A stretch of DNA of 32,000 nt from Candidatus Thorarchaeota archaeon (lineage in GTDB: Archaea; Asgardarchaeota; Heimdallarchaeia; Hodarchaeales; Hodarchaeaceae). The stretch is from positions 3,714 to 35,713 of the forward strand of contig JBHLRO010000029.1 of assembly GCA_048882505.1 (NCBI GenBank), written 5' to 3'. A program made the position numbers and the translations under genes. Shown piece by piece: positions 25,943-32,000 of the stretch. Within the stretch, counting starts at the first letter, position 1. Each line of letters opens with the position of its first letter. The notes below the pieces were generated by a model. It was given only the letters and a program-made list of their open reading frames with translations. It was not told the origin of the DNA and did no database searches.

Positions 25943-27148
25943 ATGAAATCCGCCTCCACCATTCCAGAGATTAGCTATCATCTGCATCGGTTGTCCTTGG
26001 ACCTCCAGAATGACCTAACCGAGTATTCTCAACGAAATCATTGGGCCACCAAGGATTTACATGAGATTTGTAATGATCTGGAATTGTTTATTGAATCTCG
26101 CTCAACCGATGAACCAACTTATGGTGTACTCCTATTTATATACGCCCAATTACTCTTTTTCTCTGGAAATCTTACTAAACTAAATGATCTTTTTGCATTG
26201 ACAGCCAATACACCAACCATGGGTGTTCAGCTTTACTATGCAATTGGTTTGGTATTTCAAGGTCATACACAAGAGGCCGAAGAGATTTTGGAGCGCATTC
26301 GTAAAGATCAAAATTTCAACGAACTAGATGATAGTTTTCAATTGGAGGTTTTAGGGATAGATTTGTTTATTCACTCTATCAAACGTGAATATCTCAAAGT
26401 TGCACAGAAATACGAGAAACTAATTAGTTTTGCGATTTCAAAGAATCTGGCTACAGATGAGGCTGGAACCCACCTTCTTACCCTCCCTAAAATACGGCAT
26501 GCCTATTCTCTTCGAGGAAGTGGGAAGGTGGGAGAGGCAATTAGGTTATTAAAAGCCTGTCAAAGAGATTTGGGAACATTTCCTCATCGATATTACCAGG
26601 TGATGACACTTACCCGTCTTGGTCATTGTTACCACAATGGTGGAAGAATAAAACGAGCTATCGAGCTATACGATGAAGGAATTGATATTGCCTTGGAAAT
26701 ACAAAGTTGGGTCTTACTTTCTATCCTTTACAATCGCGTTGGATTTGTGATGATTCAGAACGAAAATTCCTCAAGAGCTAAAGATTATTTTGAAAAGGCA
26801 TTAACATACGCAGAGATGGCTGGAGCCATTTGGCTAACTATTGGGCCTTTGGCTAATCTGGCACGTTGGAAAATAGCACAAGGGAAAATAAAAGAGGCAA
26901 TCGATGACTATCATCAATTTGCCAAGGTTGCTGAAGGCGTGGGTGATCACCGGGAATTATGTTATGCCCAACTCGGGCTGGCTGATCTATATGAAAAAAT
27001 CGATGATATTCCAAAATCAATGTACTATTTAGGGAAAGGTGTTGAGCTTGGGGTTAAGCTCGGGATTCTCGAAATTATTCCTCAGGACCGTCAACGTAAA
27101 AGCTCCAGACAAAGATGGTCTCGCCATAAGGACGAGGAGAAAAATTAG
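25943..27148 (+). CDS. Tetratricopeptide-repeat protein
   Basis: Repeats with ~40-aa period: LTRLGHCYHNGGRIKRAIELYDEGI, YNRVGFV..SSRAKDYFEKAL, LANLARWKIAQGKIKEAID, QLGLADLY. Confidence 0.85.
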   Translation: MKSASTIPEISYHLHRLSLDLQNDLTEYSQRNHWATKDLHEICNDLELFIESRSTDEPTYGVLLFIYAQLLFFSGNLTKLNDLFALTANTPTMGVQLYYAIGLVFQGHTQEAEEILERIRKDQNFNELDDSFQLEVLGIDLFIHSIKREYLKVAQKYEKLISFAISKNLATDEAGTHLLTLPKIRHAYSLRGSGKVGEAIRLLKACQRDLGTFPHRYYQVMTLTRLGHCYHNGGRIKRAIELYDEGIDIALEIQSWVLLSILYNRVGFVMIQNENSSRAKDYFEKALTYAEMAGAIWLTIGPLANLARWKIAQGKIKEAIDDYHQFAKVAEGVGDHRELCYAQLGLADLYEKIDDIPKSMYYLGKGVELGVKLGILEIIPQDRQRKSSRQRWSRHKDEEKN

Positions 27149-27187
27149 CTAGCCAAATAAACTTTCGAAGTACCGAGGATAACTGCC

Positions 27188-28129
27188 ATGGGCAGTCAGG
27201 ATTTAAATCCCAAGCCTTTCTTTGGTGCAACCACCACTGAATTACAGGAGGCTAATTTGGCAGTTCTGGGTATCCCTTGGGATGCTTCTTCCTCATTTCA
27301 AACAGGAGCCGCCTCAGCCCCCCATTATATTCGAAATGCTACATCAGGCCAACTGTATAATCCATACACCGAAGATCTCGTGAATCTTAAGGAGAAATGG
27401 AAGATATATGATTGGGGTGACGTTCAGGTCCCCGATGATGTACAAGAAGCAAAAGATTACCTAGTTAAGATTCATGCTACCTTGAAAACCGTTCTACAGG
27501 AGAAAAAGGACATAAATTTTCTTTTTCTCGGAGGAGATCACCTTTCTACATATTTTTCTCTTACCAGTCTTTATGAATTGGGAATTTTCCGTAACCTGGG
27601 TTTAATCTATCTTGATGCCCACCCTGATCTTTATTTGGAATATGAAGCTAGCCCGTACTCTCATGCTTGTGTTGTCCGACGACTGATCGAGGAAATTCAG
27701 CTTGATCCAATAAATATCTTTCAGGTAGGAATACGTGCAACAACTCCTTCACAAGCGGATTTTGCCAAAAAGATGGGAATAACAACTATCTCAGCACGTG
27801 AATTTCAGCAATTGGGAGCTGATGCTGTGGCAAAAATAATAAGCAACCTTCTAACAAATGCAGTGGACAGCATCTATCTTTCCATAGATCTTGATGTATT
27901 GGACCCGTCCTGTGCTCCTGGCGTACCTAATCCAGAAGCAGGGGGACTGCTTACGCGTGATCTTGTAACGTTCATCCAAACATTGCCAAAAACTCCAGTT
28001 CGAGCTTTTGACATAGTCGAACTTCTTCCCGCAAAAGATATGACCGGAATCACAGGATTTGCGGCAGCGAAGATTATTAGAGAATCTTTGGGTAAGATCG
28101 ATCCTTTTTCGGATATATCGGAAGATTAA
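27188..28129 (+). CDS. speB: Agmatinase / ureohydrolase
   Basis: GIPWD, GGDHL, DAHPDL, SHAC, SIDLDVLDPSCAPGVPNPEAGG, DIVEL (all Mn ligands present). Confidence 0.9.
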   Translation: MGSQDLNPKPFFGATTTELQEANLAVLGIPWDASSSFQTGAASAPHYIRNATSGQLYNPYTEDLVNLKEKWKIYDWGDVQVPDDVQEAKDYLVKIHATLKTVLQEKKDINFLFLGGDHLSTYFSLTSLYELGIFRNLGLIYLDAHPDLYLEYEASPYSHACVVRRLIEEIQLDPINIFQVGIRATTPSQADFAKKMGITTISAREFQQLGADAVAKIISNLLTNAVDSIYLSIDLDVLDPSCAPGVPNPEAGGLLTRDLVTFIQTLPKTPVRAFDIVELLPAKDMTGITGFAAAKIIRESLGKIDPFSDISED

Positions 28130-28165
28130 TTTTTGGACGATATCCATTTACCAATGCCAGTAGGA

Positions 28166-28202
28166 TATAAATCATTGATCCTCTTGGATTGACGATCCAA
28201 GA
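28166..28202 (+). promoter_or_regulatory. TATA-like box plus perfect 8-5-8 palindrome upstream of the Moco operon (operator or terminator hairpin)
   Basis: TATAAAT at 28166-28172; TCTTGGAT-TGACG-ATCCAAGA at 28182-28202. Confidence 0.45.
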
Positions 28203-28347
28203 AAACTTTTCAACAAATTAGCGGATCCCAAATTCTTGAAAACGACTAATTATTGTTAAGGGATTAGGTTCTCATCGCGTGAACATTTATGAAGAGAGAT
28301 AAGGTAATTACAATAATTGGCCCTAGTATCGTGTTTTAGGTGGTATT

Positions 28348-29679
28348 TTGGTCGTGGAATTTGAAGATGTTCGTCTCAAGGGATTTGCAAGACGTATCAC
28401 GGTCAATCAGGCGATTGATATCTGTATGGCAAGTTTTCCTGTATTTAAACCTGTAGTCGTCTCACTAAAAGCAACTTCCATTACCAATCGTATATTAAGA
28501 CAGGATATCAGATCACTACGCCCTGTACCCCCCTTTGATCGCTCGGCAGTAGATGGATATGCGGTAATTGCAAACGAAACCTGGGGAGCTTCAGAAAGTA
28601 ATCCGATAACGTTCGAAGTCATTGGAGAAGTTGAAATAGGGACTTCTCCAGCATTAAAATTAGAATCAGGAAAAGTAATTCAAATCCCAACAGGCGGAAT
28701 GATTCCTAAAGATGCCGACGCGGTAGTCATGGTTGAGGATACGAATATCATTGCATCAGAAGGTAATAAGCCAAAAATAATTGAGATCACAAAATCAATT
28801 CACCCGAGAAAGAATGTTGCCCGTGCTGGGGAGGACTTGCAGGCGGAGCATCTTCTCCTGTCAAAAGGGCGAAAATTAAAAGCGGTAGATCGCGCATTTC
28901 TTCTCTCAGCAGGAATTATAAAGATTAATGTGAGCCCAATCCCTTCTATTGCAATTTTTTCGACTGGAAATGAATTAGTTGAAGCTTGGCATTCGGAATT
29001 GCTTCCAGGTAAAATTCCTGATGTTAATTCAGTCAATCTCTTCGAATTTTGTAGAGAAGAAGGGTGGAACCCTCAGATTCAGGGAGTCATCCCTGATGAC
29101 AAAACGATACTCAAGGAAGCGCTCCTTAAAGCAGTCCAGAAATTCGACGTCATCCTTCTTAGTGGAGGATCTTCGGTGGGAAAACGTGATTTTACTCCCC
29201 CGCTTCTGAATGAACTGGGTAAGGTCATCTTTCATGGCATCGCTATGCGCCCAGGTGGGCCCGTTATTGCGGCAAATATCAGCAATAAGATCGTTTTTGG
29301 ATTACCTGGATTTCCCGCGGCGGCAATAATTGCATTCAGATTCATATTTCGGCCAGTGATTTATGGGCTTCTCGGGCTTGATCCTAGTTATAGCCCTATC
29401 ACCCTGGAGGCACGTATAACTCGGAATGTAGGGTCCAAACTAGGCCGTTTAGATTTTTTAAGAGTAATCCTGAAAAAAGTAGATAATGGGCAGTTAGTTG
29501 CCAAACCAATGGAGATAGGTGGTTCTGGCTTACTTCGGAGCATTGTTCATGGAAATGGAATTTGTTTAATACCAGAAACCTCCGAAGGTCTTAAGGAAGG
29601 GGATTTAGTGGATGTAATTGTATTGGATAGAGACCAAATCAATTATGGTGCTAATGTAGCAGAAGATTTCTCTTTATAG
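28348..29679 (+). CDS. moeA: Molybdopterin molybdenumtransferase MoeA
   Basis: PPFDRSAVDGYA, IPTGGMIP..ADAVVMVE, STGNEL, SGGSSVG, GLPGFP. Confidence 0.95.
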   Translation: MVVEFEDVRLKGFARRITVNQAIDICMASFPVFKPVVVSLKATSITNRILRQDIRSLRPVPPFDRSAVDGYAVIANETWGASESNPITFEVIGEVEIGTSPALKLESGKVIQIPTGGMIPKDADAVVMVEDTNIIASEGNKPKIIEITKSIHPRKNVARAGEDLQAEHLLLSKGRKLKAVDRAFLLSAGIIKINVSPIPSIAIFSTGNELVEAWHSELLPGKIPDVNSVNLFEFCREEGWNPQIQGVIPDDKTILKEALLKAVQKFDVILLSGGSSVGKRDFTPPLLNELGKVIFHGIAMRPGGPVIAANISNKIVFGLPGFPAAAIIAFRFIFRPVIYGLLGLDPSYSPITLEARITRNVGSKLGRLDFLRVILKKVDNGQLVAKPMEIGGSGLLRSIVHGNGICLIPETSEGLKEGDLVDVIVLDRDQINYGANVAEDFSL

Positions 29680-29698
29680 AATTTTGGAGTGAATATTA

Positions 29699-31651
29699 TT
29701 GAGCAAGAAAAGGGAATTTCTTGATTTGATCTCCATTGAGAAAGCCCAACATATTCTTTCAGATGCTTTTTCCTGGACACCAAAAATAGAAAAAATCCCT
29801 CTGGTAGAGGGTAAAGGTAGGATTTTAGCAGAAGATGTGACTGCGAAAATTGATAGCCCCCCGTTTGATAGATCACTGATGGATGGCGTAGCCGTTCGTG
29901 CAGAGGATACGTTTGGCATTGAAGAAGCGGAACCCCGTACTTTCCGTATCATTGAAACCGTTTCAGCTGGAAAAACAGCAAAAAGGTCATTGGAAGAACC
30001 AGATACTTGTATTGAAATCGCCACAGGAGCTCCAATCCCTCGTGGGGCCAATGCAGTTGTGATGGTCGAGCATACATCAAAGGTGGAACCAGAGAAGGTA
30101 AAGGTCTACAGATCGATAACTCCTTACGAGAACATTGATCCCGCAGGATCCGATATTATGCTCGGGGAAACGATACTACGCAAAGATGATCACTTGACAC
30201 CCGTACGTTTAGGTATCCTTGCAGCACTAGGATATGATCGAGTTCCAGTATGGACCCGCCTAAAAGTCGGCATTCTCTCTTCAGGAGATGAATTACGCGC
30301 CCCTGGGGAATCACTTCCGATAGGATGTTTATATGATTCGAACTCGACTGTTCTAATGGGGCTTGTAGAGGACTGTGGAGCTAACCCAGAGTTCCTTGGG
30401 ATTTGTCCTGACAATATGAATGATTTTATTGAAAACCTGACTAGAAATCTAAGGACACAAGATATCATTTTAATTTCTGGAGGCACGTCAGCAGGGGAAG
30501 GAGATTTTTCTTATCGGGTTATAACTGAATTAGGGGGAAGTTTATTATTTCATGGAATCTCGATGAAGCCAGGAAAGCCATTGGCGGCAGGTTTGGTGGA
30601 TGGCACGCTCATCCTTACATTACCTGGATTTCCAGCTTCCTCCATCTTTTCGTTTAATGAGGTTGTTGCACCTCTTATTAGTAGTTGGACTAAAACTTCT
30701 CGACCTCAAAGCCAGACAATTCAAGCTAAAGTAGGCCAAAGATTTCGAAGTACACCTGGTCGAACTCACTTTAGATTGGTACATATACTAAAAAAAGGAG
30801 TAGATTATCATATTTTTCCTGTTAAAGGAAATAGCGGTTCCGTTTCGATGTTGGAACGAGGCGATGGATATATTATCATCCCTGCTGAAGTTGACTATCT
30901 TAGTATGGGAACCACGGTACCCGTTTCCCTACTACGAGAGGAACTTTCGATTCCAGATGTTGTGTTTATTGGAAGCCACGATATCCTTATTGATTTGCTT
31001 TTCAATGATTTTCGAGATACACATCCTAAGTATGTCACAAAACTCATTTCAACTGGGTCAACAGGGGGATTGGCGGCTCTCAAACAGGGAGCCTCCGATA
31101 TCGCGGGGATTCACCTGTTAGATGCATCTACTAACACGTACAATATCCCGTATCTAGAAACCTGGGAATTAATGGAAACTGTTACAATTATAAAAGCCTA
31201 TAATCGGGTACAGGGATTATATGTTCCCAAAGGAAACCCAAAAGGTATAAGTAAATTAGAAGATCTCGTTTCTCCCGACATTCTGTTTTTAAACCGAAAT
31301 GAAGGAAGTGGAACGCGAGTATTATTTGATTCGCTATTAAAAAAGACCCTCGATGATCAAAACATTTCACAGCAAGTCAACGGGTACTCATCAGTGGCAT
31401 ACTCACATAGTGCGACCGCGTCCAGCGTAAAACATGGAAAAGTAGATGTAGCGATGGGTATCCAATACTATGCGGAATATTTTGGTCTTGATTTTATCCC
31501 ACTTGGAGAGGAAGAGTATGACCTAATTATAAATAATTCAAGTCTTGAAAAGCCAGCCGTGAAGGCTCTTCTAGCTATATTTTCATCCACTCGCTTTCGC
31601 GATCAAGTGGAAACCAAGATCCCCAATCTTAAATGGGCTGATGGAAGCTAA
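29699..31651 (+). CDS. moeA: MoeA fused to a periplasmic-binding-protein-like domain (archaeal MoeA2)
   Basis: PPFDRSLMDG, IATGAPIP, SGGTSAG, KPGKP, LPGFP, then GSHD, GSTGGL, AGIHL, NRNEGSGTR (PBP_like domain). Confidence 0.95.
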   Translation: MSKKREFLDLISIEKAQHILSDAFSWTPKIEKIPLVEGKGRILAEDVTAKIDSPPFDRSLMDGVAVRAEDTFGIEEAEPRTFRIIETVSAGKTAKRSLEEPDTCIEIATGAPIPRGANAVVMVEHTSKVEPEKVKVYRSITPYENIDPAGSDIMLGETILRKDDHLTPVRLGILAALGYDRVPVWTRLKVGILSSGDELRAPGESLPIGCLYDSNSTVLMGLVEDCGANPEFLGICPDNMNDFIENLTRNLRTQDIILISGGTSAGEGDFSYRVITELGGSLLFHGISMKPGKPLAAGLVDGTLILTLPGFPASSIFSFNEVVAPLISSWTKTSRPQSQTIQAKVGQRFRSTPGRTHFRLVHILKKGVDYHIFPVKGNSGSVSMLERGDGYIIIPAEVDYLSMGTTVPVSLLREELSIPDVVFIGSHDILIDLLFNDFRDTHPKYVTKLISTGSTGGLAALKQGASDIAGIHLLDASTNTYNIPYLETWELMETVTIIKAYNRVQGLYVPKGNPKGISKLEDLVSPDILFLNRNEGSGTRVLFDSLLKKTLDDQNISQQVNGYSSVAYSHSATASSVKHGKVDVAMGIQYYAEYFGLDFIPLGEEEYDLIINNSSLEKPAVKALLAIFSSTRFRDQVETKIPNLKWADGS

Positions 31652-31668
31652 AAGGCCGGTGTCGTTCT

Positions 31669-32000
31669 ATGGCGATTAACATATCTGATAAACCTATACA
31701 AAAACGGACTGCGGAGGCCATGGGGAAATTATTTCTATCTCCGGGCTCAATTAATCGTATACAAACAAAAAGAGTTGAAAAGGGGGATCCGCTAGAAAAT
31801 GCCCGTTTGGCAGCGATTCACGCGGTCAAAAAAACTCCTGAACTGGTATTCATGGCCCATCCAATTCCAATAGAAGGAGTTAAGACTGAACTCAACGTAA
31901 ATGAGACTGAGAATGCGATTGTCTTAACTTGTTCAGTCACCTCAACAGCTAAGACAGGCGTGGAAATCGAGGCCTTGGCAGGTGTAATGAATGGCTTGCT
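31669..32000 (+). CDS. moaC: Cyclic pyranopterin monophosphate synthase MoaC, truncated by window end
   Basis: Manual translation: MAINISDKP..RTAEAMG..KGDPLENARLAAIHAVKKTPELVFMAHPIPI..KTGVEIEAL; directly follows the moeA genes. Confidence 0.9.
   Translation, partial: MAINISDKPIQKRTAEAMGKLFLSPGSINRIQTKRVEKGDPLENARLAAIHAVKKTPELVFMAHPIPIEGVKTELNVNETENAIVLTCSVTSTAKTGVEIEALAGVMNGL

Noticed and set aside
988-31370. Numerous antisense or alternate-frame ORFs of 60-133 aa in the ORF track (e.g. 4563-4910, 15419-15814, 20397-20798, 29674-30051)
   Set aside because: They lie wholly or mostly over well-supported genes and show no motifs; typical shadow ORFs.
1-32000. CRISPR arrays, tRNA/rRNA genes, IS elements, integrases
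   Set aside because: No regularly spaced repeats, cloverleaf or rRNA-like segments, transposase motifs or terminal inverted repeats were seen by manual inspection.

Overview
Gene-dense (~27 CDS, GC roughly 40%) archaeal chromosomal window. Archaeal origin is supported by a type II methionine aminopeptidase, the archaeal MoeA + MoeA-PBP pair, GGTGA/GGAGG ribosome-binding sites and TATA-like promoters. Asgard (Heimdallarchaeia/Hodarchaeales-like) affiliation is an inference from gene style, not a demonstration. Contents in order: amidohydrolase tail, FtsX/MacB-type ABC pair, crotonase-family enzyme, a minus-strand wHTH / coiled-coil-wHTH / MinD-ParA triplet with upstream direct repeats, an LLM oxidoreductase, a possible 33-aa peptide ORF, a three-gene ABC-2 exporter, prolyl oligopeptidase, tandem Lrp regulator, His-loop MFS, a membrane-anchored alpha/beta-hydrolase lacking its catalytic Ser, GIY-YIG nuclease, a very large GT-C glycosyltransferase, C-GCAxxG-C-C protein, map, alpha/beta hydrolase, CaCA antiporter, MenG/UbiE, MaoC hydratase, TPR protein, agmatinase and moeA-moeA-moaC. 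No rRNA, tRNA, CRISPR array or mobile element was recognised. The best candidates for an undescribed system are (1) the wHTH/adaptor/ParA-MinD cassette with its repeats, whose layout parallels AspA-ParB-ParA, and (2) a possible Pro-delimited cationic peptide + ABC-2 exporter + prolyl oligopeptidase cluster. Both are hypotheses from manual reading, without database searches.
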